A DNA stretch of 42,797 nt, taken from the NCBI GenBank assembly GCA_035936075.1, contig DASYWM010000236.1, positions 1 to 42,797 of the forward strand, written 5' to 3'. Each line of letters opens with the position of its first letter. Within the stretch, counting starts at the first letter, position 1. Both the position numbers and the translations under genes were made by a program. The DNA is from Thermomicrobiales bacterium (GTDB lineage: Bacteria > Chloroflexota > Chloroflexia > Thermomicrobiales > UBA6265). Below, one piece after another: positions 16,341-25,684 of the stretch. Under the pieces are notes generated by a model. It ran no database searches and was not told where the DNA came from. It saw only the letters and a list, made by a program, of their open reading frames with translations.

Positions 16341-17969
16341 GTGAAGCAGCAACCTGCGACAGGGATGCCGGCATCGGCCGCGTCGGGCCCCGATCATGGG
16401 CCCCAGTATCTCTCCCACTCCCAGATCGTCGGCGTGATGATCGGCATCATGTCCGGCATGTTCCTCGCCGCGCTCGACCAGAGTATCGTCGGTGTCGCAC
16501 TGCCGCGCATCACCAGCGACCTCGGTGGCCTGGAGCATCTCGCGTGGGTGGTGACGGCCTACCTGCTGACTTCGACAGCCAGCACCCCGCTGTGGGGCAA
16601 GATCTCCGATCTCTACGGCCGCAAGAGGATCTTCCAGACGGCGATCGTGATCTTCCTTGTGGGATCGGTCCTCTGTGGCTTGGCGCAGAATATGCCTCAG
16701 CTCATCATCTTCCGTGCGATCCAGGGAATCGGCGGCGGTGGCCTGATGTCGATCGCGCTGGCGATCATCGGCGATGTCGTTCCGCCGCGCGAACGGGGGC
16801 GGTATCAGGGTTATTTCGGCGCCGTCTTCGGTGTCTCGAGCGTTGCCGGGCCGCTGGCCGGTGGCTGGCTGACGGATGCGATCAACTGGCGCTGGATCTT
16901 CTATATCAACGTCCCGATCGGCATCGCCGCGCTCGTCATCACCTCCATCTCGCTCAAGATGCCCGTCATGCGCCGCGACCACAGGATCGATTACCTCGGC
17001 GCCGGCCTGGTTGTCTCGGCGGTCTCCTTGCTGCTGCTCTACGTGAACTGGGCCGGCGATCACTACGGATGGGGCGACCCGCGCGCCCTGGCACTGCTGA
17101 TCGCGTCGATCGTGCTCACGCTGGCCTTTATCGTTGCCGAGAACCGAGCGGTCGAGCCGATCCTGCCGATGCGGCTCTTCGGCAACCAGATCTTCTCGGT
17201 GGGGAATGCCTTCGGCTTCCTCTCCGGTGTCGCGATGTTCGGGGGCGTGATCTTCCTGCCGCTCTACTTCCAGGGCGTGATGGGGATGTCGCCGACGCGC
17301 TCTGGACTGGCGATGGTGCCGATGGTGGCCGGTATCCTCACGATGTCGATCGTCTCCGGGCTGCTGGTTACGAAGACTGGCCGGTACAAGATTTTCCCGA
17401 TCCTCGGCGCCTTCCTGATCATCGTTGGGCTGCTGCTGCTCAGCCAGCTCTCGGTGGACACGCCCTACTGGCAGATCGCGGTCTACGCCTTCGTCTTCGG
17501 GCTGGGGCTCGGCTTCACGCTGCAGACGATCACGGTGGCGGTGCAGAACGCGGTGCCGTTCCGGGACATGGGCGTCGCCACGAGCTCGCTCACATTCACG
17601 CGGTCGCTCGGTTCTGCCATCGGCACGGCGATCTTCGGCGCGATCCTGAACAGCCGGCTGGCCACTCACCTGGTCGACGCGATGGGGGAGGCGGGTGTCC
17701 AGCCGGGTCAGCTCAGCTCGGAAGCGACCGGCGACATCCAGGCCATCCAGAACCTGCAGGAGCCCGTTCGTGGCCTGGTTCTCGGTGCCTACACCGATGC
17801 GCTGACCGATCTCTTTCTTTACGCCGTGCCGTTCGTCATCGTGGCGCTGGTCGTCGCGCTCTTCCTGAAGGAGATCCCGCTCCAGAGTGGCGCGGCACCC
17901 GGCCCCGGCGAGCCCACCGGCAATCCTCGCAGCGCCGAAGAGACGATCCCCGTGATGGGCGGTCACTGA
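16341..17969 (+). CDS. MFS transporter, DHA2 (EmrB/QacA-like, 14-TMS) drug-efflux family
   Basis: 542 aa. Motifs LDQSIVGVALP and GKISDLYGRKRIF. GTG start with AGGAG 6 nt upstream. Confidence 0.92.
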   Translation: MKQQPATGMPASAASGPDHGPQYLSHSQIVGVMIGIMSGMFLAALDQSIVGVALPRITSDLGGLEHLAWVVTAYLLTSTASTPLWGKISDLYGRKRIFQTAIVIFLVGSVLCGLAQNMPQLIIFRAIQGIGGGGLMSIALAIIGDVVPPRERGRYQGYFGAVFGVSSVAGPLAGGWLTDAINWRWIFYINVPIGIAALVITSISLKMPVMRRDHRIDYLGAGLVVSAVSLLLLYVNWAGDHYGWGDPRALALLIASIVLTLAFIVAENRAVEPILPMRLFGNQIFSVGNAFGFLSGVAMFGGVIFLPLYFQGVMGMSPTRSGLAMVPMVAGILTMSIVSGLLVTKTGRYKIFPILGAFLIIVGLLLLSQLSVDTPYWQIAVYAFVFGLGLGFTLQTITVAVQNAVPFRDMGVATSSLTFTRSLGSAIGTAIFGAILNSRLATHLVDAMGEAGVQPGQLSSEATGDIQAIQNLQEPVRGLVLGAYTDALTDLFLYAVPFVIVALVVALFLKEIPLQSGAAPGPGEPTGNPRSAEETIPVMGGH

Positions 17970-18000
17970 CCTAAGCCATCGGTAGCCCCGGCCCGGAAAC

Positions 18001-18423
18001 CCGTCATTCAGAGCGGAGCAAAGGCTCGCTCACGCCAAGCCAAGTTGGCTGAGCCGCCAAGAAGTGGGAGCAAGCCTTTTTCGCCCTGAGGGCTCAGCCA
18101 ACAGAATCCTACGCGAAGCGCATAGGTCGCAGGAATACTCCACTGCTCGGTGGGTACTCGCAATCGTGTTCCTGTAACCGTCGCGCCCTTTCACAACAGA
18201 TCCGTCATTCAGAGCGAAGCGATGAATCCCAGGCGAAGCCAACGTCGACCAGCCCCAGCCGTGAGTGAACCGCGCTAGGGGCAGTCAGTGTGTGTTGGGC
18301 ACCGCTTCGCGTAGGATTCTTCGACACGGCTCCGCTCACTACGTTCGCGTTTCCGGCGCGTATGCCCGCATTCGATATCGACTTGCGGGCAATCACCCGT
18401 ACGGGTCGACTCCATGTCGACCC
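18001..18423. repeat. Cluster of interspersed repeats
   Basis: Contents: two family B heads (18001-18020, 18202-18232); a 12-bp-stem hairpin GTTGGCTGAGCC...GGCTCAGCCAAC (18044-18102); an 18-bp perfect inverted-repeat pair (18103-18120 / 18303-18320); and a family A hairpin (18403-18423). All were read directly from the sequence. AGAATCCTACGCGAAGCG at 18103-18120 is the exact reverse complement of 18303-18320. Confidence 0.8.
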
Positions 18424-18470
18424 CATATTGTTCCTAGGGGCGACCCACTCGCTCAACCGACCCCCATCCG

Positions 18471-19415
18471 CTACTTCCCCGCCAAGGCCTTCACAATCGG
18501 CGCGAACTCCTCCATCATCGGCTCGAAGACCACGAAGTAGGAGACACCCACGCGCTCCCGCACCTCCTGCATCCGCGCCACGATCTCCTCGACCGACCCG
18601 ATGTAGACCATCGGCGAGTCGAACCAGCCCATGTCCTCGTCCTTCAGCTCCATCTGGACACGACGCCGCTCGATCTCCGCGTCCCGGTCGTCGGTGACGC
18701 CGAACATCTGGACCAGAATGTTGAGCTCGATCTCCGGGAACCGTTCCCCTGCATGGGCGCGGATGGTCTCAACCTTGGCGGCGAAGGCCTCCATGCTGAT
18801 CTCGTTGTCCGCGAACCCGCCTTCCGCCAGCATGCTGGGGAGGAGCCCGATGATGTCCCCGTGCTCTGCGCTCAGCTTCAGCATCCTGTTGCCACCGGCG
18901 CCCATCATGATCGGCGGGTGGGGCTGCTGCACCGGCTTCGGGTGGCCGGTGTACTCCTGAAAGGTGTAGTGCTGGCCCTCGAACGAGAAGGGCTCGTTGC
19001 TCCAGATGCGCTTGAAGACCGGCAGCGCCTCCGCGAGGCGGCTCACCCGCGTGCCGGGAGGATCGAGCGGGATGCCGGTCCACGGGTACTCCGGCGGGAA
19101 CGATCCGCCCGCACCAATGCCAAACTCCATGCGGCCACCGGAGAGGACGTCGAGTGTCGCGGCCTCCATGCCCAGCAGGGCGGGATGCCGCAGGTCGTTC
19201 TGCCAGACCAGGGTGCCGATGCGGATCGTGCTCGTCACCTCGGCGACGGAGGCCAGCGCCGGCCCGATCGAGAACTGGTTGCCAAAGTGATCGGCCATCA
19301 GGAAGACGTCATAGCCCAGGGCCTCGGCACGCCGCGCGGTCTCTCGCCACTCGTCGCCGGTGCGCGTTCGGGTGATCTGCACACCGAAGCGGAAAGGTTT
19401 GTCATTAAAGGACAT
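18471..19415 (-). CDS. LLM-class (luciferase-like) flavin/F420-dependent oxidoreductase
   Basis: FRFGVQ...GYDVFLMADHF...MEFGIGAGG matches luciferase-like monooxygenase family proteins of the F420-dependent subclass. Confidence 0.85.
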   Translation of the reverse strand: MSFNDKPFRFGVQITRTRTGDEWRETARRAEALGYDVFLMADHFGNQFSIGPALASVAEVTSTIRIGTLVWQNDLRHPALLGMEAATLDVLSGGRMEFGIGAGGSFPPEYPWTGIPLDPPGTRVSRLAEALPVFKRIWSNEPFSFEGQHYTFQEYTGHPKPVQQPHPPIMMGAGGNRMLKLSAEHGDIIGLLPSMLAEGGFADNEISMEAFAAKVETIRAHAGERFPEIELNILVQMFGVTDDRDAEIERRRVQMELKDEDMGWFDSPMVYIGSVEEIVARMQEVRERVGVSYFVVFEPMMEEFAPIVKALAGK

Positions 19416-19539
19416 GAGTGATTCTCTCCTGGTTCATTGGCAGGACGTATCAGGGAAAGAACGATAGGGGAGGGACGGGTGTTCTGGCAATTCAGCATCT
19501 TCATAGGGGCCGTACCTGCGAGGGTTGCATGATAAGCCC

Positions 19540-19667
19540 TCGGTGACGGCCAGAAGCGAAGCGACCCCATGGCCGAGTTGGCAGCACCACCGAGAAGCGT
19601 AAGCGAGCCTTTTTTCGCCTTACGGGCTCGTCCGGGAATCCCCGTGCGAAGCACGTCCAATCGAGCA
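19540..19667 (+). repeat. Composite repeat related to 18040-18125. Its last 32 nt (19636-19667) match the reverse complement of 35881-35912 at 30/32.
   Basis: GCCGAGTTGGCAGCACCACCGAGAAGCGTAAGCGAGCCTTTTTTCGCCTTACGGGCTCG aligns with GCCAAGTTGGCTGAGCCGCCAAGAAGTGGGAGCAAGCCTTTTTCGCCCTGAGGGCTCAG. Confidence 0.7.
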
Positions 19668-20032
19668 CCATGGGGCCATTAATTGCCGCACCTCGTCATG
19701 GTTTGGCACAATGGTCGAGCACCCGGCATCGGCCCGGGATCATTGTCATGGGCGCGGCACATCATCGCCCTGGCGAATGACGCGCTGCTTCGCTGCTGGA
19801 GATCACGGTTTCATGTCCTCATGGCAGGTGTCCTCACCGTCCCACACCACATCCACATCCTATGGCGGCGAGGCGGAGGCTACCGCGGCAGCGATCACTG
19901 ACTCATCCGCCAACGCAAACGCGGCTCACCCCCTGGCTCGCGATCCCCGAGGATCGTCGTTGCCGCGCTAGCCCGCGTTTGGAGAATCCGGGCGGTGTCG
20001 GGAGACATGACACCCCCTCTGGAGCCACGACC

Positions 20033-22690
20033 ATGACCCCTGTGAACGACCTGGGTATCCCCTGGCAGTCGGGTATCGATATCCGGCGCAAGTTCGTTAA
20101 GTTCTTTGAATCCAAGCAGCATCTTCATGTCCCGAGCTCGTCGCTCGTGCCGCCGGCCGAAGACCAGTCGGTGCTGCTGACGACGGCGGGCATGCAGCAG
20201 ATGACCCCCTACTTCCTCGGGCTGGAGCAGCCTCCGGCGGTCCGCATGTGCTCAGTCCAGAAGTGCTTCCGCACCGTCGATATCGACGAGGTCGGCGACG
20301 AGAGCCACAGCACCTTCTTCTTCATGCTCGGCAACTTCTCCGTGCGCGACTACTTTAAGGAAGAATCCCTCGCGTGGTCGTGGGAGTTCCTCACCGAGTG
20401 GATGAAGATCCCTGCCGACAAGCTCTACCCGACCGTGCACCCGGAGGACGAGGAGGCCTACCTGATCTGGCGCGACCAGATCGGCGTGCCAGAGGAGCGG
20501 ATCTCCAAACTGGAGGACAACTGGTGGTCCGCCGGTCCTGTCGGGCCGAATGGCCCGGATTCGGAGATCTACGTTGACCGTGGCGAGCAGTGGGGCTGCG
20601 GGCAGCCGGACTGCGGACCGGGGTGCGATTGCCCCCGCTACCTCGAGACGTGGAACAACGTCTTTATGCAATACAACACCACCGCGGATGGCGTCCGCAC
20701 GCCCCTGTCAAAGCCCTGCGTCGATACCGGTATGGGCCTGGAGCGGCTGACGCTGCTCGTACAGGGCGCGCGGACGATGTATGAGACGGACTTCTACCAG
20801 CCGATCATCGCCAAGGCCAGCGCGCTCGCGGGCGTGACCTACGACGCGGACCCGCAGATCGACAAGTCGCTCCGGATCGTCGCCGACCATGTGCGTGGCT
20901 CCGTCTTCCTCATCGCCGATGGCGTGCTGCCCGGCAACGAGGGGCGCGCCTACGTGCTGCGCCGCGTACTGCGCAAGGCGATCCGCCACGGGCGCCTGCT
21001 CGGCATCGAACAGGCCTTCATGGCCGATCTCGCCGAGGTGGTGATCGAGCAGTTCAGGGAGGCCTACCCGGAACTGACCGACCGCCGGAGCCAGATCCTC
21101 AAGGTCATCGCCTACGAGGAGGCGAGCTTCGGCAAGACCCTCGCCTCGGGCATGAACCGCCTGCAGGTGCTCACGGGCGAGCTCCGGCAACGTGGGCAGC
21201 GCGTGATCCCGGGCGACGAGGTCTTTCGCCTCTACGATACCTACGGCTTCCCCTACGATCTGACGGCGGAGCTTGCCTCGGAAGAGGAGCTGACCATCGA
21301 CGAGGAGGGCTTCCGCCTGGCGATGGAGCGCCAGCGGCAGACGAGCCGCAGTGGCGCCGCATTCAGGAGGGAGGGCCGCGAGCGGGCGGATCTCTATGCC
21401 TCGATCCAGCCGCGCACGGAGTTCCTCGGCTACGAAGCGACGCGGGCCGACGCGAGGATCGTCGCGATCCTCGGCCCGGACGGGAATCTGGAGCAGGCGG
21501 AAGCGGGCGAGCAGGTCGAGATCGTGCTCGACCGCACGCCCTTCTACGGCGAGTCCGGCGGTCAGGTCGGCGATACTGGCGAGATCCGGACGGAAACCGG
21601 CCTGGTTAATATCGACGACACTCGCAGGCCCGCCCCCGACCTCTTCGTGCATCGGGGCATCGTTGAGGAGGGTTTCATCCGTGTCGGCGAGTCCGCGACG
21701 GCGCAGGTCGACTCCGAGCGCCGCCTGCACATCCGCCGCAACCACACAGCGACCCACCTGCTGCACAAGGCCCTGCGGCTGGTGATCGGCGACGAGGCCC
21801 ACCAGGCCGGCTCGCTCGTGGCGCCCGACCGCCTGCGCTTCGACTTCACGGCGCTGGAGGCGGTCGAGCCGGAGCAGGTTCGCTCCATCGTCGAGATCGT
21901 CAACAACGAGGTCACCCAGGACATCCCCGTCCAGACCACCGTGATGGACCAGAAGGAGGCCCTCGCCGGGGGCGCGACGGCGCTCTTCGGCGAGAAGTAC
22001 GGCGAGAAGGTCCGCGTCGTGGAGATCGGTGATTTCTCGAAGGAGCTCTGTGGCGGCACGCACGTGGACCGTACTGGGGAGATCGGGCCCTTCGTTATCA
22101 CCTCAGAGGGCAGCGTCGCCTCCGGTATCCGCCGGATTGAGGCGCTGACTGGCAATGCCGCGGTCGAGCGCATGCTCGGGCAGCAGCGATTGATCGAGGA
22201 ACTCGGGCGTGACCTGAAGGTGTCGTGGTCCGAGGTTCCGCTCAGCGTCAAGGCGCTGCAGGAGCGCACCCGGGCCCAGGAGCGGGAGATCGAGAAGCTC
22301 CGCGGCCAGCTGGCGGGCGCGAAATCCGGCGACCTGCTCCAGAACGCGGTGGAGGTCAACGGGGTCAAGATCTTGTCGAGTCGCGTCGATGTGACCGACA
22401 AGGGCGGCCTCCGCCAGTTGGGTGACCGGCTGCGCGATTCCCTACAATCGGGCGTTATCGTGCTCGGTGCCGTCGTGGATGAGCGGCCGAGCCTGCTCGC
22501 GATGGTTACCCCGGATGTGGTATCACAGGGCGTGAGGGCCGGAGACATCATCCGCCAGATCGCGCCGCACGTCGACGGGCGCGGCGGTGGCCGGCCAGAG
22601 CTCGCGGAGGCGGGCGGCAAGGACCCGGAGGGCATCGATGCCGCCCTGGCGGCGGTCGCCGGGATCGTGACCGGGCAGACGGGCGCTTGA
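20033..22690 (+). CDS. alaS: Alanine--tRNA ligase
   Basis: IRRKFVKFFESKQHLHVPSSSLVP N-terminus, editing-domain HTATHLLH and CGGTH motifs, and a C-terminal DHHA1-like region. The start is taken at the Met at 20033, not the ORF-track 19862. Confidence 0.97.
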   Translation: MTPVNDLGIPWQSGIDIRRKFVKFFESKQHLHVPSSSLVPPAEDQSVLLTTAGMQQMTPYFLGLEQPPAVRMCSVQKCFRTVDIDEVGDESHSTFFFMLGNFSVRDYFKEESLAWSWEFLTEWMKIPADKLYPTVHPEDEEAYLIWRDQIGVPEERISKLEDNWWSAGPVGPNGPDSEIYVDRGEQWGCGQPDCGPGCDCPRYLETWNNVFMQYNTTADGVRTPLSKPCVDTGMGLERLTLLVQGARTMYETDFYQPIIAKASALAGVTYDADPQIDKSLRIVADHVRGSVFLIADGVLPGNEGRAYVLRRVLRKAIRHGRLLGIEQAFMADLAEVVIEQFREAYPELTDRRSQILKVIAYEEASFGKTLASGMNRLQVLTGELRQRGQRVIPGDEVFRLYDTYGFPYDLTAELASEEELTIDEEGFRLAMERQRQTSRSGAAFRREGRERADLYASIQPRTEFLGYEATRADARIVAILGPDGNLEQAEAGEQVEIVLDRTPFYGESGGQVGDTGEIRTETGLVNIDDTRRPAPDLFVHRGIVEEGFIRVGESATAQVDSERRLHIRRNHTATHLLHKALRLVIGDEAHQAGSLVAPDRLRFDFTALEAVEPEQVRSIVEIVNNEVTQDIPVQTTVMDQKEALAGGATALFGEKYGEKVRVVEIGDFSKELCGGTHVDRTGEIGPFVITSEGSVASGIRRIEALTGNAAVERMLGQQRLIEELGRDLKVSWSEVPLSVKALQERTRAQEREIEKLRGQLAGAKSGDLLQNAVEVNGVKILSSRVDVTDKGGLRQLGDRLRDSLQSGVIVLGAVVDERPSLLAMVTPDVVSQGVRAGDIIRQIAPHVDGRGGGRPELAEAGGKDPEGIDAALAAVAGIVTGQTGA

Positions 22691-24417
22691 TGAGCACGGA
22701 TCGCCAGCAACCGCCGGTCAGGATCACCATCGACCCGAACGATTCACTCCCCGTCATCCTGCAGCAGCTGCGGGAGCACGGCGGGAAGTCGGTGGTGATC
22801 GATATCCCGGACCATTGCCCGGTGTTGCTGACCGCAACCGAGTTTCGGACCATGAAGGAGCTGGCCGAGCGGGAGCGCATCTCGCTCTCGCTGCGCACGG
22901 ACGACCGGCTCCGTCATCAGCTGTCATCGATGTTCGGCATCAAGAATGTGGGAGATGCGGGTGCGCAGTCGCCAAACGACGGCTGGCGCCCGCCCCCGAC
23001 GATGCTGGGATCGCCCCGGGCCTTCGGCACCTGGAACAAGAACGACGATGAGGACGACGGGATAGTCGAGCTTGAGCCAGGTACGCGTTCCCGTCGGCGA
23101 CGGCGTGGCGAGGTCATCGAGACCAACACGTACACGAAACGCAGCGACGATGATGAGGGGATCAGCTCGCTCGAATACCTGAACGAGCCGAAGGAGCTCC
23201 TCACCGCGAAGAACATCGGCCGCATCGTTGGGGTGCTCCTGGTCGTGGCACTGCTCCTGGCCGCCGCGGGCTGGTACTACATGCCCGCTGTTACGGTCGA
23301 TGCAACGCTCCGCCGTCAGGACGTTTCCAATCAGCTCCTCTACAGCGTGGCCGCCCCCGGCGCGCAGCTGCCGAGCGACATCGCCTTCACCGCGGACGCC
23401 ACCCAGGGCTCCGCGACGGTCAATTTCACGATCACCATCCCGACCACCGGTGTTGAGCGGACGCCGGAGGGGACGGCTTCCGGCAGCGCTCTGCTCCGGA
23501 ACCCGGGAGAGGCACCGGTCACCGTCCCTGCGGGAACAGAGCTTTCCGTCTACGCCGGGCCCACGTTTACCACCAACGAAGCGGTCGAGGTTCCACCCGC
23601 CGCGAACGGCGTGGCGGGGGAGGCCTCCGTGGGCGTCACCGCCACGGCACCGGGATCTGCGGGCAATGTCGAGGCTGGCCTGCTCACCGGCCGCCTGGCC
23701 GATCTCGGTGTCTTCTACAGCAACCGCGAGACCCCGATCGAGGGCGGCACCGATATCGAGGTCATGGTGGTGGCACAGGAGGACATCGATCGGCTCCGGG
23801 AGGAGGTGGCAACCAATCTGGACCGCGCGGCGGCAGAGGGCTGGATCGCCCAGCTGCCGGAAGGGCAGTCGGTGGTCGTGCCATCGGTGGATACCGGCGA
23901 GCCAACCTACGAGATTACCGCCCAGGTTGGCGAGAAGCTGGACGAGATCACCGCCACTGGCACGGTCGACGCGACCGGCCTCGTCTTTGACGCGGCGACG
24001 GTCGAGCAGCAGACGCTGGAGTTCTTCCGGACTGCCCTCCAGGAAGAGGTCCCGGAGGGGTACGCGCTCGATCCCGAGAGCGTGACGCTAAGCGAGCCCG
24101 CGGTGATCGCCGAGGCCCCGGATAACGTCCAGTACCAGGTCGAGGCATCAGGCTTGGCCCATGCCGTCTACGACGAGTCCGTGCTTGAGGACCTGTCAGA
24201 GGACCTCGCCGGGGAATCGTGGGATGGGGCGGAATCGACGCTCGCTGGGGTCGAGGCGTTCGAGTCGTGGGAGATGTCGACGAGCCCCGGCTGGTGGGCG
24301 CGACGAATGCCGCAGACGGGGGATCGCATCACGATCAATGTCGAGCAAGCGCCGGCTGCATCGGATGCCGGGGAGCCGGCACCGAGCCCCTCACCCGGCG
24401 AAGGAGACGGATCGTGA
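22690..24417 (+). CDS. Single-pass membrane protein of unknown function. The ectodomain has a baseplate-J/gp47-like signature (tentative).
   Basis: The start overlaps the alaS stop (TGATG). It has a cytoplasmic N-domain, an acidic/basic linker, the TM segment IGRIVGVLLVVALLLAAAGWYY and a ~370-aa ectodomain. VGVTATAPGSAGNVEAGLLTG resembles the conserved G..GN..AG.I segment of baseplate J proteins. Confidence 0.75.
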   Translation: MSTDRQQPPVRITIDPNDSLPVILQQLREHGGKSVVIDIPDHCPVLLTATEFRTMKELAERERISLSLRTDDRLRHQLSSMFGIKNVGDAGAQSPNDGWRPPPTMLGSPRAFGTWNKNDDEDDGIVELEPGTRSRRRRRGEVIETNTYTKRSDDDEGISSLEYLNEPKELLTAKNIGRIVGVLLVVALLLAAAGWYYMPAVTVDATLRRQDVSNQLLYSVAAPGAQLPSDIAFTADATQGSATVNFTITIPTTGVERTPEGTASGSALLRNPGEAPVTVPAGTELSVYAGPTFTTNEAVEVPPAANGVAGEASVGVTATAPGSAGNVEAGLLTGRLADLGVFYSNRETPIEGGTDIEVMVVAQEDIDRLREEVATNLDRAAAEGWIAQLPEGQSVVVPSVDTGEPTYEITAQVGEKLDEITATGTVDATGLVFDAATVEQQTLEFFRTALQEEVPEGYALDPESVTLSEPAVIAEAPDNVQYQVEASGLAHAVYDESVLEDLSEDLAGESWDGAESTLAGVEAFESWEMSTSPGWWARRMPQTGDRITINVEQAPAASDAGEPAPSPSPGEGDGS

Positions 24418-24854
24418 AGATGGGTGAGCGCCTGCTGGGGCTGGATATCGGTGGGCGCCGGATCGGCGTGGCGGTCAGCGATGAGATGGGCATGATCGCG
24501 AGCCCTGTCGCGATGATTGCGCGGCAGTCCGACGTTGCCGGGCAACTGAAGGAGCTGGTCGCTCGCTACAATGCGGCCAAGCTCATTGCCGGGTTGCCGG
24601 TCGGGCTTTCTGGCCGGGAGGGGCCGCAAGCGGCTGAGGTCCGCGCGTACACCGATGCGCTCGCGCTGGAGGTTGGGGTGCCGGTGGAATACTGGGACGA
24701 GCGGCTATCCACCTCAATTGCCGAACAGTCGCTGATCGCACAGGGGACACGGCGCAACAAGCGCAAGGAACGGGTGGATGCGGTCGCCGCGGCAGTGATT
24801 CTCCAGAGCTATCTGGAAAACCAGCGCTGGAAGCTCTCGACCGGGCGTCGGTGA
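24414..24854 (+). CDS. ruvX: Holliday-junction-resolvase-like putative pre-16S rRNA nuclease RuvX/YqgF
   Basis: LLGLDIGGRRIGVAVSD N-terminus and VDAVAAAVILQSYL C-terminus. The GTG at 24414 overlaps the upstream stop (GTGA), with AGGAG 9 nt upstream. An ATG at 24420 is the alternative start. Confidence 0.92.
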   Translation: MKMGERLLGLDIGGRRIGVAVSDEMGMIASPVAMIARQSDVAGQLKELVARYNAAKLIAGLPVGLSGREGPQAAEVRAYTDALALEVGVPVEYWDERLSTSIAEQSLIAQGTRRNKRKERVDAVAAAVILQSYLENQRWKLSTGRR

Positions 24855-25138
24855 TCCGGGAGAAGAGCGCGTGTCATGAAACAGGGGTTTCGACCGGCAA
24901 ACGGGACCAACGTGCAGGGGGATAACATGCGTTCCCTCTGGCTCCCACCCGCCTCACAGACCCGTTGAGATGCACCGTCTTGCATCGTGATACAGTGTGG
25001 GACAGCATGGACGACATTGTAGCGAAGGGGAGTCCTTCGATGGGGCAAATCAACCGATCGTCCTGAGCACGCATAGTCGGCCCAGGATGACGCGACCGAC
25101 CGGATAGCAGGCCAATCGTGGTCGTGCGGGAGAGAGAC

Positions 25139-25426
25139 ATGAAGAAGCTGATCATTGCTGTGGTCCAGAACGAGGATGCCGACGCTGTCGTCGATGCGCT
25201 GCTCGAGGAGGAGTTCCGCGCGACCCGCCTGGCAAGCACCGGAGGTTTCCTGCGCCGCGGCAACACCACGCTGATGATCGGCGCGGACGAGGAGCAGGTC
25301 GACGCCGTGCTTGACCTGATCCGGCGGCACGCGCACGCGACCGGGGATGCCCAGAGCGCCGGGCAGTCACAGCCCGCCGCCGCGACCGTGTTTGTCCTCG
25401 ACCTCGAGGAGTACCAGCGGCTCTAG
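25139..25426 (+). CDS. darA: Cyclic-di-AMP receptor, PII-like (DarA/PstA, DUF970)
   Basis: MKKLIIAVVQNEDADAVVDALLEEEFRATRLASTGGFLRRGNTTLMIG...ATVFVLDLEEYQRL closely parallels the DarA/PstA family. Confidence 0.85.
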   Translation: MKKLIIAVVQNEDADAVVDALLEEEFRATRLASTGGFLRRGNTTLMIGADEEQVDAVLDLIRRHAHATGDAQSAGQSQPAAATVFVLDLEEYQRL

Positions 25427-25454
25427 TGTCCGCCGGGAAAAGCGATGCTAACGA

Positions 25455-25488
25455 AAGACCCCGGGCAAAACGCCCGGGGTCTTGTTTG
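25455..25488 (+). terminator. Intrinsic terminator downstream of darA
   Basis: 12-bp stem AAGACCCCGGGC/GCCCGGGGTCTT, 5-nt loop, followed by GTTTG. Confidence 0.65.
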
Positions 25489-25684
25489 CGTGGTGTATTA
25501 CGTAGACGCATTCACGAGCCGGGCAGGACTGTATCCCGAAGGGTGTCAACTCGCTGTCGTGAAGCAGCACGCCATGCGCGTCACCAACGGTTCTCGCACA
25601 ACAAGGGCTCGCTTCGCTTCTCGCGCCCCATGCTCGGCCAGGGTGCGGGGCTACAGGAAGGGGGCGTTGAGTCCGTGACGCTGG

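Noticed and set aside
19695-19725. TGGCAC-N5-TCGA upstream of alaS as a sigma-54 promoter.
   Set aside because: The -12 element (TTGC) is absent and there is no enhancer-binding-protein context. It is probably a chance TGGCAC.
24855-25138. The 284-nt GC-rich leader upstream of the c-di-AMP receptor gene darA as a possible ydaO-type c-di-AMP riboswitch or other structured leader.
   Set aside because: Several stems can be drawn (e.g. GATGCA...TGCATC at 24968-24985, CAGGGGGA...TCCCTCTG at 24914-24939). I could not find the conserved ydaO blocks (GGGGGACCCA, GGGGUGAAUC, CAGCUAACCUCGUAAGC); only loose resemblances such as GGGGCAAATC. Any GC-rich sequence folds on paper. Rfam cmsearch is needed before any claim.
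25600-25665. GCGCCCCATGCTCGGCCAGGGTGCGGGGCTACAGG as a sixth, degenerate member of the family A hairpin repeat.
   Set aside because: It shares only the GCCCC...GGGGC-TACA outline. The loop is long and lacks ATGGA. Too divergent to count.
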